NCBI GenBank assembly: GCA_002269645.1
Contig: NIVC01000142.1
Span: 682,001 to 746,000, forward strand
Direction of reading: 5' to 3'
Source: Macrostomum lignano
Taxonomy: Eukaryota
Length of the DNA stretch: 64,000 bases
The notes beneath the pieces are model-generated. The model saw only the letters and a list, made by a program, of their open reading frames with translations, did not search any database and had not been told where the DNA came from. Of the stretch, positions 37,901 to 57,862 are shown piece after piece. Both the position numbers and the translations under genes were made by a program. Positions within the stretch are counted from its first letter, which is position 1. Each line of letters opens with the position of its first letter.

Positions 37901-38901
37901 TGCTGGTTGTGCAGCGAAAGGTTCCGGCTGATCTTCTGGGCCCGGCCCTCCTCGGCCAGGCTGCGCTTGATGACGCTGGACAGGCGGAAGCCGGGCGACT
38001 CTTCGCGACGGCGTTTCAGCGACTTGTAGCCGTAGGTTGCCAGCCCGGCGACGGCGAACACGGCGCCAACGGTCAGGGCCACGACCGCGCCGATGCTCAT
38101 GCCGCCCAGACTCACTGCGGGATGGGGTAGCGCGACTCTCAGCTGTTACATGTAAGCCCCCTGAGCACTGGCCATGCCACAGCCAAACTCAACTAATCGA
38201 TACAGTCCCATTTACAGACCTCACTTGAGCCCGAATACAAAGTAAAGGTTTAGGAACCCATTTTCAGGGACAGTGACGACTAACTAACAAACTATATATC
38301 TCGTAAAAGACCTGCAAGCTCTAGAACAGGGGTCGGCAAACTTTATTAGCTCAAGAGCCGGATAGAGAATCTATAGCTCATTACTGCGGGCCAGCGGAGT
38401 GGAGAGAAGAGACGGCATAGAGAAGAGAGAAGAGAGATAGGAGAAAGTAGAGACGAAGGTATAAGGGAGAAGAGAGGAGATACGAGATGAGAGATGAGAG
38501 ACGAGAGACGAGAGGAGAGAAGAGGAGAGAGGAGATACGAGAGAAGAGAAGAGAGACGAGTGAGGAGAGAGAGAAGAGAAGAGAGACGAGTGAGGAGAGA
38601 GAGAAGAGAAGAGAGACGAGTGAGGAGAGGAGAGAAGAGACGCGAGACGAGAGATGAGAGACGAGAGGAGAGAAGAGAAGAGAAGAGGAGAGAAAAGAGA
38701 GGAGATTATTAGAGAGAAGAGAGCTGAGAAGAGACGCAAACCTGGAGCGGGCCGGATTGCTGTTGTAAATTTCAAAGGACCCGAGGAGGTTTAGCGGGCC
38801 GGGAGTTGCCGACCCCTGCTCTAGAATACGAGCTATCTCTTATCTCCCAACCAACTACCCAGAGCTGAATGTCACTAAACTTGAAACTCACCTGGTTGCA
38901 T
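34909..38901 (-). CDS. SYT4: Synaptotagmin-4/11-like protein (coding exons 38901-38892, 38114-37384, 36534-36411, 35219-34909)
   Basis: N-terminal TM segment ([23 protein letters not shown]). C2A carries the Syt4/11 Asp-to-Ser hallmark [10 protein letters not shown]2B has [31 protein letters not shown] and [13 protein letters not shown], ending IAEWHRLAE*. All junctions are GT/AG and in phase. Confidence 0.9.
36660..37312. repeat. 33-bp intronic minisatellite (GATAAGCGACGGTTAAATGGCTAAAGTTACTGA)
   Basis: Located in synaptotagmin intron 2. Confidence 0.94.
38327..38818. mobile_element. hAT (Charlie/Buster-type) MITE with a perfect 8-bp TSD
   Basis: TIRs CAGGGGTCGGCAA and TTGCCGACCCCTG. CTCTAGAA lies at 38319-38326 and 38819-38826, fitting the NTCTAGAN target consensus. 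The interior is an AG-rich repeat. Located in synaptotagmin intron 1. Confidence 0.9.
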
Positions 38902-40079
38902 AGCGGAATCAGCTGATCCGTGCATAGGCCGAATCACTGGCGCCATAATTTGTTAAACAGCTTCAGTCGCCTCAGCTGCTGCTGCTAAATGACGCGCGAT
39001 CGGCTACTGGGCTCGCTCACTCACGGTGAGATCTCCAGAACATGCAGGCAGGTAGAAGCAGGGTAGAAAAACTCGGCAACAAGATGTAAAAGATGTAAAA
39101 GATGCGGCAGAATCAGCCGGGAGTCAACTCCTGGCTGCTCGATTTTTTGCTATCGTTTCTTCTCCTCTCTCTCTCTCTATCTCGCCCCGAATCTGTCTGC
39201 AGGCCGGAGCACAGCGAGTGCGCGCGCGAGAGAGAGAGCCTCCTTGGGGCGCCGGGCGGGAACTTATAGAGATCCCCCTTCCCCGCATGCGTCGATCTCT
39301 GCTGGCCCTCCGCGGCGGCGGGGAGAGGCGGGAACGGAAGGAAAGATGGAGAGAGCGACAGAGAGAAAGAGCCTCGCTGCGTACGGTGCACGGAGGGAGG
39401 AAAAGTGTGTGGGATAAAAATAGAAGTAAAGCCTTCATACAAGGATGCTGGTACCGCGACTCAATCCGAAGGGATTATGGAGATGGAGAAGACGGCCGAG
39501 GGATAGAGAAAGAGGATAGAAATGCTGGGGCAAGGAAATGCGGCCAGCGCTCAGAATGGCCGAGCCACGTTGCACAGCCTGAGCTGTACTCAACCCAGCC
39601 TTCAGGCCTGCGGCTTAACGTCTCCCTCCCCCCATCTCGTTGCCTCCTACGCAGAATGAGAGGCTGGCGTCCTACGCTCCCTAAACTCCCCACTTTCTGT
39701 GGGCCTTGCTGAGTCTTTTTCATCTTTTCTCCGCTGCCTGCCTGCTTTTGCAGTCCCCCCCCATTTCCTGCCAAAGGCCAGCCAGGCTGCAGGGAGTTGC
39801 CGGACGCCTCCTGCTTGACTATCGGAGCAAGAGATTGGCGTAGGATGGGGCGGGCATCGCAGAGAGTCCTCTCCTCCCTCCCGATCCCGATGTCCCGAGC
39901 CCGGCGGGCTGACTCGGCTGACTCGGTAGGCTATGGGAGCAGCTGAGCCCCCCCCCCTCCCTCGGGCAGCTGCAATCTGGGATGGGGCATCCGGGCTGAG
40001 GGCTCACAAATCAACGAGAGATGAGCCGCAGCACTGCGATGCAGGGCGGAGGCTGGAGGGGCTGGAGAAGAGGCTTGTG

Positions 40080-40134
<55 letters not shown>

Positions 40135-40142
40135 ACACACAT
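40080..40142. repeat. (CA)n microsatellite
   Basis: Direct reading. Confidence 0.95.
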
Positions 40143-40820
40143 GCGCACCAAGCCTTCTTAGTTTCTGCTGTATGCACGGGGCGCCCTATAGAGGAGCCTC
40201 TATTTGTTCCCCCATCGGCCACCTTGCATTAGCGAGAGGATCGGGAGTGACTGGAGTGAAATCGGGAGTGAGTGGGAACGGGGAGGACAGGCCGGATCCC
40301 CCCTGTGCTCAATGCTCTGCCTAGCAACCAAGCCAGTCAGTTAATCACCGTGGAGGGACTGAAAACCGCCGTATCCCTTTCCCAACCTCAAATCCACATC
40401 CTCTCTGATGGCTGGCCAGGTGCGCTAGCGGAACTATCGGATAGTGAGGATGCGAACATCGCCTGCCTGCAGACTCTCATTGTTGCACTTTTTCATACGA
40501 ACGAATCGCCAAATCCATTTATTTGCGTCTTCAAGCTCAGGACAGGAGAAGCAAAGCTTTCGTGGTCTGCTTCATTTTCACCCCGAAGACAAATAAACTT
40601 CCCAGAAATAGTCTCTTCGTTTAGGATTAAAAAACCTTTGTAGCTTCGTGTAATTTCATGCGCGTGAAAAATCGATATTTATGCAAAAAGCAAATTACAA
40701 AACATAATAGGCCCGAGTCACTTGTTTTCTGTTAATATGGAGCAGTCTATAAATAAACATTAATATTCGAACACAGGTAACAATGATGGGTTTAAGCATT
40801 CGCAGCAGGGCCCGCTCTGC

Positions 40821-49820
<9,000 letters not shown>

Positions 49821-51806
49821 CGTTATTTTATTTTTGGATTAATACGGTTTGGTTAATAAAAAAAATTGAATCAGTTTTCAATTCAGTAAAGTTTATTTAA
49901 TATCGTGCGGATTTCAACTGAATCCTAAAAAAAATATAACTGTTAAACGGTACAGATTTATCCGAAAAAATGTTATGAAGTTCTTTCAAATAAAATAAAA
50001 CTATTTACATTAGTTTTGAAATACTGATTTGTTTTTAGAAAAATTATTTTTGATTGAATAACAAAATTAACTGCGCAGCTGTGTAAGAACTATTATTAGC
50101 ATGAATAGTTTAACTTACTACATCTTAAGTTTTGTTTTACTACTACATTAACGTCAAGGTTTTAACATTAAAAACTTCCAGATACCGGGACCTCAGCTTA
50201 AAATTAGTAGGCTTAATTGTAGGCTTAATTACTTGTCATATATACATGGCACTAAAAAGTAAAAAATTAAAATTCGTTGCTCTCATATACTGTTAACTCA
50301 ATCGGAGCACGATCTTTGACTTGTTGGCAGAACTCCCCGGCCCGAAGAATTCAGAATCAGAATAGAAACAGGGCAAAAATAAAAATGCCTGCAGATGAAA
50401 TTTACCCGTCTTATTTGCACATGCTTGTCATGTAAATTTTGTATTTGGATTTTGCATCAATAATTCTTCAATTCTACAATTTGACTGCATCATCATCGCT
50501 TCGCGCGGCGTCAATTTACAGTGTATATATACTGCATGTAACCATGGGTTTCCTAGTGTAAGTTAGTAGGGATGTTCATTATATTAAATCTGCTTGGTTA
50601 GGGAGCTAGTGCATATAGTTTTGATATCATTTGTGTACGAAATAATTAAATAATAATCATAACACATTTTAATGTATATCTCGCATGAGGGCTAGGGATC
50701 TCGTAATTATACGGTTGAATTTTTTAGCACTTTTTTACCTTATTCTGTAAATACTATATTAGGCGATGGTGAAATTCGCGCAGGTGGCAACATTACACAC
50801 GCCTGCTGTTGTCCACCGTTAATTACATGTATGAACCGCTGGATTTCCCCCTACCCGAAGTTCAGATACACAGCTGTATGCATGGGTTTTATCCCGCATG
50901 CACGAGCTGAATGTCATACAGCAGTCGTATTTTAACGGATCGACTGCATGAGAAAAGAGCCATACGGGGCTTGAAGAAGTCGTACAGCAGGTTGGCAGCT
51001 GCATAGGCCAATTAGCTTCAAGCACCAGCATGATGTCAAACAGCTCAGTGCAGTATTTGCCCAGGTGACACCATATATAGTTTCTGTTGCTGCTGCACAG
51101 GATGAAAAAAATGAATGTTTGACTTGAGACAAAGCGGAGGCGTTTTAGGGGTTTGTGAGGAAGCAATGAAACTGTCGCAATTTTTTCTTCATTAAAGAGC
51201 GCGCATGCTCAAAAATGCTTGCTGCTATTAGGAGAAGCAAAACTTCTATGAGGTAGAATCCACAGGAGCGCCTCTATGACGATCGATGAATACTTTTTTT
51301 TCTTCAGAAAGCAGATTTTAATTGCGTGAAAAATGATGATACATTTAAGGTCCCCTAGCTAGCTGTATCAATTTTCTCAGTTGAAAAATCTGCTTATGCA
51401 AATCAATAAAGCTTAAACACATAGTTTTTGGTCATTTTAAATGGGCCTCTCATTCGTGTTCTATATATATTTCCAGAAAAACTTTGTTGCGTCAAAGAAT
51501 CGAATTTTACAATTAGGAGCATTTATTTATTTTCTTATTATGAAAGGTGTCATAGCTATTACATGTATATAATCATCATACGATATCTAGTATGTCGATA
51601 TGAAATTTGTTATAACTAACTAGCTACATGTACATGTAAATAATTATCGTACTTGCAGCCAAAAGTACAGAAGAATGAAAAAAGCAAATGGAAAAAAATT
51701 AGTGCGGAGAATCAATTTGTATGATCGAGTATCTTTACTACTGTACACGTTTCAAAATTTCAAACAATCGCGAACGTCTGGTCAGTGTGAAGCTATAATA
51801 ATAGCG

Positions 51807-52217
51807 TCAATTCTGACTGTCCTGTCGACCAGCGACGGCCGTCATGTCGTTATTCCTAGAAACAATCTGCATCAGGTTGGTGAGGGTCGCCTTGACCAGG
51901 CAGGCCTGCACAAGGCTAAACGACAGCATAAACAGGATTCTCATTGTGCTGTGGTGCGTGACAATGTCCGGATAGCAGGTGACGAGTTTCTCATTGCGAT
52001 AATAGCTGTGAGAGCAGACGTCGCAGCAGTAGAGAAAGGGGTGGGGATAGGTGGTGGCCTCGCCGCAGCAGTAGGTCGGACACAGGTAGGACAGGTTCGC
52101 CTGGCCGAGGAAATTTTCGTAGCAAATCTCGTCGGCCAGACAGACGGACTTATTGAGAGTCTGGATAGCTGTCATGCAGATGATGATGAAGCTCTTCGAG
52201 TTACGTAATGACTTCAT
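51807..52217 (-). CDS. Small Cys-rich single-pass membrane or secreted protein, Shisa-like/WBP1-VOPP1-like pattern
   Basis: Single exon with GC3-biased codons. Hydrophobic N-terminus, then C-x13-CPTYCCG-x10-YCC-x2-C...C, an N-L-S sequon, a hydrophobic segment (ILFMLSFSLVQACLV) and a short tail. Confidence 0.6.
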   Translation of the reverse strand: MKSLRNSKSFIIICMTAIQTLNKSVCLADEICYENFLGQANLSYLCPTYCCGEATTYPHPFLYCCDVCSHSYYRNEKLVTCYPDIVTHHSTMRILFMLSFSLVQACLVKATLTNLMQIVSRNNDMTAVAGRQDSQN

Positions 52218-53028
52218 TTTTGTCCGTATTCCAATGAGTTCTTTCAACTGCAAACTCTAAACGTTTCGCTACTTTCTAGAGTATCTGTTTGACTTATATT
52301 TAGTTTTTAAGCTTTTTAGTCTGTGGCTCTAATTCTATTCGCTATTCACAGGAGGGCTGTGCATGAGTGCACCCGACTACCGAGCTCACACGCTCACACG
52401 GGGTGTACAGCTGGCGGCCCTGACTTTCTATAATCGTCATACATGATCTACTCTTCTTGTGCCTTGCGGGGGGTTGGCCTTCAATGGGTGTGAATCGCCC
52501 GATCGACAGCCCCGGACCAAATTTGGTGCACAATCCCAAATCAACGATCAGGCCGCGCGTGCACCCGGAATAGAAGCAGTAGGAGCGGGAGTCAGACGCG
52601 CTTAACGCTGAGTTGCTCTGCCCGGCCCTCCCTCATTCTATGTTGCAGATTGCTTATTTAGTCTTAGGGGTATTTTTATATCAATTTGAAGAACTTTCGC
52701 TCCAACCTAAAATCCAACAGACAAAAGCAATCATCTTATTAGAGGCAGGGGGGTTGTGTGCACCCTTGCGCACTTTAAGCGACATAGGCACACAACCGGC
52801 GAGAGGCATTACTGCCCATTCCGCCGACTCCCCTGAGCAGGCATACAAGCGCGCGGATACGTACGCAGGCACACACTCACACAAGAGTGTACAGCGGCCC
52901 TAACTTTATATTATCGTTAGGCATGTACACTTCACTGCGCCTTGGGGGGTTGGCTCTCAAGGCCGTTAATTGCACGAGCAGAGCCAAGCCGAGATTCCAA
53001 TTCAGCCCCAATTTATGTAACTGCACTT

Positions 53029-53091
53029 GGAATCGAGCCTGGGTCGCTGGCACACCAGAGCAGCTGCGCTACCGCTGGGCTACGGCCCCCC
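53029..53091 (-). mobile_element. tRNA-derived SINE head or tRNA pseudogene
   Basis: On the minus strand, A-box-like TAGCCCAGCGG (53082-53072) and B-box-like GGCTCGATTCC (53039-53029) at tRNA-like spacing. The cloverleaf stems are degenerate. Confidence 0.4.
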
Positions 53092-53178
53092 AAAAAGCAA
53101 TCCTCCCAATTGTTATTCCGAAATCAACAAGAAAGTCGGACGATTACTATATAGCTAGTTTACCTAATAGAGCAGGGG

Positions 53179-53849
53179 CAAGGACTACTCAAGTAACATA
53201 TATATAGGACGCAACACTCGAAATCTATGGTAAATGTTTTGAAGGCAAGCCGAAAAATACACTACAGAGATAGGAGGTTTTAATTTTTTCAGCACAAAAA
53301 TTGTTACTGCTTTCGATAGTAGAAAGACCCAATGTTCATCTTTTGATATGCTGTGCCTTTCTTTAGCTCTATTGATATTCATGAAGCTTCTTGTTCAGAA
53401 AATTAGGATTCTATGCTAATGTTTTATTCTACGTACATCCTGTACCTAAAAATAAAAAAATGCATGGCACTGCTCCAAACAGGTTCATAGGTTCTATGAA
53501 TCTATTTTATCATCTCTGTTACACATATTGTTACACAGTCAGCTAAGAATAACAAAATGGATTCATAAAACCAATGAGCTGAGCCGTGCCATTTTAATGA
53601 TTTTTAGGCACAGGAGACATGCAAATGTACGTAGAATAAGAATTGAACATTGAATCCTAATTTTCTGAACAAATGCTTTATGAATATCAATAGAGCAATA
53701 AGAAAGGCACAACATATTAAAAGATGAACATTGGGTCTTTCTCCTATCGAAAGCAATAACAATTTTTGTGCTGAAAAAATTAAAACCTCCTATCCCTGTA
53801 GTGTATTTTTCGGCTTGCCTTCAAAACATTTACCCTTGAGTTGTCCTTG
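53179..53849. mobile_element. Foldback-type non-autonomous DNA transposon with about 290-bp inverted arms and an 8-bp TSD (AGCAGGGG)
   Basis: Ends CAAGGACTACTCAAG and CTTGAGTTGTCCTTG. Inner arms about 53229-53508 and 53553-53834 are reverse complements. AGCAGGGG lies at 53171-53178 and 53850-53857. Confidence 0.75.
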
Positions 53850-53851
53850 AG

Positions 53852-53990
53852 CAGGGGTCGGCAAACTCCGGCCTGCGAAGCCGATCTCTATCCGGCCCTC
53901 GGGTCCTTTAAAACTTCATCAATATAGCAACCCGGCCCGCTCAAGATTGACATCTTTTTCTCAGCTCTCTTTCTGTTTCCTTCTCCATTG
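53852..53990. mobile_element. Truncated hAT MITE end related to 38327-38818
   Basis: Starts CAGGGGTCGGCAAAC and aligns to the reverse complement of the right end of the 38327 element (CTCGGGTCCTTT...CCGGCCCGCTC...TTCTCAGCTCTCTT). No second TIR found. Confidence 0.7.
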
Positions 53991-54176
53991 TCTTACATGT
54001 ATCGCTCTTCTCCGCTCTCGTCTTATCTTTTCTCTCATTCATTAATTCATATCTTATCTATCCGATCCTTGTTATTTCCTTTCTCCTGTAGAGCTTCTCA
54101 GCAGACAGCATCCAATGCGGATTCGAACTCCTGTGAGCTGCATTGTCCTCAGCTGCATCTGCATGACAGGTTGCAG

Positions 54177-54459
54177 CCAATCGGATTGCCGCCGATTTCT
54201 GTATAAATATCTAGCATTACCGTGCAGTCGGATTCCTGCTGCACTGCAGGTAGAGACAACTTCTATATGCAGAGGAGACCTCCGACTCAAGCTCCACTCT
54301 CAGTGCAACTCCTGTCGCTCGCTCTGATTCGGACCAGCACTCGCAAACGAAGACTGCCAGCTAGCTAAGTGAAAGAAGGGACGAAACAGAAGAGAACTAA
54401 AAGGAACAAATTGACAGTCAGCCATCCGTTCAGCCGCTGCACACGATCGCCTTGGCCCG
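54177..54459 (+). promoter_or_regulatory. Putative promoter and 5' UTR exon of the neuropeptide gene
   Basis: CCAAT at 54177-54181, TATAAAT at 54202-54208 and a strong donor CG|GTGAGT at 54460. A matching acceptor ATGCAG at 55450 lies 17 nt before the precursor ATG. Confidence 0.45.
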
Positions 54460-55467
54460 GTGAGTGCCCTAACGGCCCCGACGGAAATTATAACCGTAGA
54501 TGTCCCCAGCGGGTTCTTCGGTAGCTATGCGGTAGCAGATTGATTAATCCGCCTTATTTCTGGCAACGCGAGTTAATGTCCGCAAAACAGGACGCATTAG
54601 CCTCAATAATGGTGATAAAAATCACATTTATATCGAAGCCTACAGCGCGGCAACTTTTTTATGGTTGAGCAATGCCAAGAAATCAGAATGTTATTGCTTT
54701 CACTGCATCAGAACACGTGCATTTCCACCTTTGAATTATGAATATCCCGGATACCGAATCGGCCATAGCCTTGCATTTCTTCCTAAAGTTATGCCTTTGC
54801 TTTTCAATCAAAGCCACAGACAGAAGCAGATAATAAGATACCGTTATAAAATTCCATTTTGGAGTCATTTGGGCACAAGACAGCAATAACATCGCCAAAA
54901 CGACTTGGCTTCTTATGAATCATGCAGGTGTTGGGGCCGCGGGTACAGACTGCATGGCAGTCGACTCAAGATAGGCAGCAGCAGCAACTAGAGAGCGAGT
55001 TCTGCGAGCAAGGTTTCATTCGTACGAGTATAGACAATAGATATATTCAGGTGAAGCTCAGGTGGAGCTGCCTGCATGGGAAGTTATCCTACAGGTCACA
55101 GGAGGCATCCATACGGCAGACTGCAGTACCCAGTTGGCAGGAATGTTCCCAGGCAAGCAATCGCTGTTAAACAGCAGCAGTTGTTTGCTAGCAGAGCACG
55201 ACAGGATCGATTTTAAGAATTCTGCTAGCGGAACACTTATCCCGTATCCGAGCACAGCTCTAGATGAGGCTTTGATAGATAAGACACAGTTTTCTTTTCA
55301 TTCATCGCTCAAAAAATTGAGTGTAGCTAATACACTCGTTACAATATAGAAATGTTAAGAATCCACGGGATAAAAATATAAAACACAAGAGAAATCACAC
55401 CTCTACTAGCGTAGATTCTTACGAGCACATTGAACATTTCATCCATGCAGAGCCGGCCCCGTCTGCT

Positions 55468-56412
55468 ATGATGCTCAAGCTGTGCCTGTTTCTGCTAATG
55501 CCGATGGTCTGGGGAACTGGTGACGCGATGCCACAAAAATTACCGACTGACGAAGCCGGATCGACCAGCCGACGGAGCATTTTCTCTGGCGTTCTCGGCA
55601 AGCGCTCGGAGCCCATTGCTATCCCAATTAAAGCTTTGCTGCCGCAGGAGGAAGACGATTCAAAGCTAATTGAGGGATTGGAAGACGTCGCTATTGTTCC
55701 ACAACCGAAAAAGCGAGAAGCTAATTCTGGAAATAGAGATAGGTACTCTGGACTTCTTGGAAAGAAAGCAGTGTACTCCGGCCTGCTCGGGAAGCGAGCG
55801 ATGTACTCCGGGCTTCTTGGAAAGCGAGATATGTACTCTGGACTTCTTGGAAAGAAAGCAATGTACTCCGGCCTGCTCGGAAAGCGAGCGATGTACTCTG
55901 GACTGCTCGGAAAGCGAGCGATGTACTCTGGACTGCTCGGAAAGCGAGCGATGTACTCTGGACTGCTCGGAAAGCGAGCGATGTACTCTGGACTGCTCGG
56001 AAAGCGAGCGATGTACTCTGGACTGCTTGGAAAGCGAGCGATGTACTCTGGACTGCTCGGAAAGCGAGCGATGTACTCTGGACTGCTTGGAAAGCGAGCG
56101 ATGTACTCTGGACTGCTCGGAAAGCGAGCGATGTACTCTGGACTGCTCGGGAAGCGAGCGATGTACTCTGGACTGCTCGGGAAGCGAGATATGTACTCCG
56201 GACTTCTTGGAAAGCGAGATATGTACTCCGGACTTCTTGGAAAGCGAGATATGTACTCTGGACTTCTTGGAAAGCGAGATATGTACAACGGACTTCTTGG
56301 AAAGCGAGATATGTACTCCGGACTTCTTGGAAAGCGAGCTATGTACTCTGGACTTCTTGGAAAGCGAAGCGGCTCCTTCGCTTCAAGCAAGGAGAACAAG
56401 ATTCGTGACTGA
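55468..56412 (+). CDS. Amidated neuropeptide precursor (A/D-MYSGLLamide type)
   Basis: Signal peptide (MMLKLCLFLLMPMVWGTG), an acidic spacer, SIFSGVL-GKR, then 21 tandem 10-aa units ending G-K-R/K (amidation Gly plus dibasic convertase site). Synonymous variation between units. AATAAA at 56611. Confidence 0.95.
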   Translation: MMLKLCLFLLMPMVWGTGDAMPQKLPTDEAGSTSRRSIFSGVLGKRSEPIAIPIKALLPQEEDDSKLIEGLEDVAIVPQPKKREANSGNRDRYSGLLGKKAVYSGLLGKRAMYSGLLGKRDMYSGLLGKKAMYSGLLGKRAMYSGLLGKRAMYSGLLGKRAMYSGLLGKRAMYSGLLGKRAMYSGLLGKRAMYSGLLGKRAMYSGLLGKRAMYSGLLGKRAMYSGLLGKRAMYSGLLGKRDMYSGLLGKRDMYSGLLGKRDMYSGLLGKRDMYNGLLGKRDMYSGLLGKRAMYSGLLGKRSGSFASSKENKIRD

Positions 56413-56868
56413 ACAATATTCTTGGTTGCGTCCGAGAATTCGCAAAGATTTAGAATTAAAAAACGAATACGCTAAACTTAAAAACTTAAACTTAAGAACT
56501 TAAAAAAGCAAATAAGTCTAGCAAAAAGATAAGAACTTCGTCAAATATAGTCGCAAGAGCAGACCCGCTTTAGAAAATCAGACACCAGCGCACTGCGACG
56601 AATTCCCAAAAATAAACATTTATTTTACTTCTTGCAAAAAATTGAACAGGAGTTTTTCCAGTATTGACTCTGTTGAAATTAATTAATTTAAAATTTTTAA
56701 GCATGGCTGATTATAGCCAAAATCTCGGCAACGATGTGCATTGAAGCCGTGCCTATGCAGTGCACATATATTTATTAAACGATTAGACATACAATTTGAG
56801 ACAGGTGGCGATGCACTTATTGTTGCACACTCAGACAAGTTCTTCACTGGAATATAAGTTGGCAGGTA

Positions 56869-57862
56869 CGAGAGATGATCAAAAAGGTTGTCACTGCTAA
56901 ATTTTTCAGTACATGGAAGTTTTTAAAATTTGATTTCAGGTGTTACTACAAACACACATTGTTCCATACTTGGGAAAACTTTGTAGCTTTACCTTCTCAG
57001 CTCAAGATCTCGTAGTTCTTTTCATCTCGAAAGAAATCGAAGCCCATGGAAGCTGCGGCATCATCTGATGGATTGATGAACCACGCAGTGGGCGACTTAA
57101 GGACCTCTACCACCAGCCAGACTGCCGTTGAGCATGTCAGACGAAGACAGGCTGAAGTAGCAGAAGCCTGTGGCATCAACTATGGCAGTGCGCAGTCCAT
57201 CCTGACCATCCAACTTGGAATGTCAAAATTGTGCCAGGTTGGTGCCAAAAGTAGGTACAAGCATGCCAACAGCTGCTCCACCTGATGCAGTATCGCCGAG
57301 ACACAAGTTTCTGGACTCTATCTAGACTTTTGTTCTCATTTATTGTTATCCCTTCATGAGTCGGAGGCTAAAGTCTAGAGTATGCAGTGGAAGCGCTACG
57401 ATGAAGCCACTCTGCTGAAGGCCAAGACAGTGTAGTGTCATCGAGGAAGAAAATAATGAGCAATATTTTCTGGGATCGACAGAGTGCTGCAGATTGAGTG
57501 CACTACGCCACATTGCGCCAGCTCAGGGCCATCAAAGAGAAGAGGCTTGTGGTAAGGTCACCAAGGTCACCGTGCAATTTCCTTGCCTCCGTCGGATTTC
57601 TGTTTCCAACTTTAAAGAATTCGCTGCTGGGCCAACACTGAGCTCCAGTGACTGGGCTGGCTTCCTCAGTGAACCAGTGGTGCAAACACCTGGATGAGGA
57701 GTGGTATTTAGAAGGCAGTTAAGTGCCGCCAGATCGCTGCGTCAAGTACGTGTCAACTGCATGGAAACTTGGATGGAAATTTTCAGGACGTTTGACAATC
57801 GCATTGTTGTTTAATTTGTTTCCAGTTAATATTCCCAGTGACAGCTTTTTTATCGTCCCTCA
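56869..57862 (+). mobile_element. Degenerate mariner-family transposon relic
   Basis: TA-flanked degenerate TIRs (TACGAGAGATGATCAAAAAGG versus reverse-complement TATGAGGGACGATAAAAAAGC). Broken transposase fragments INYGSAQSILTIQLGMSKL, SMQWK...KAKTV and IFWD. Confidence 0.75.
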
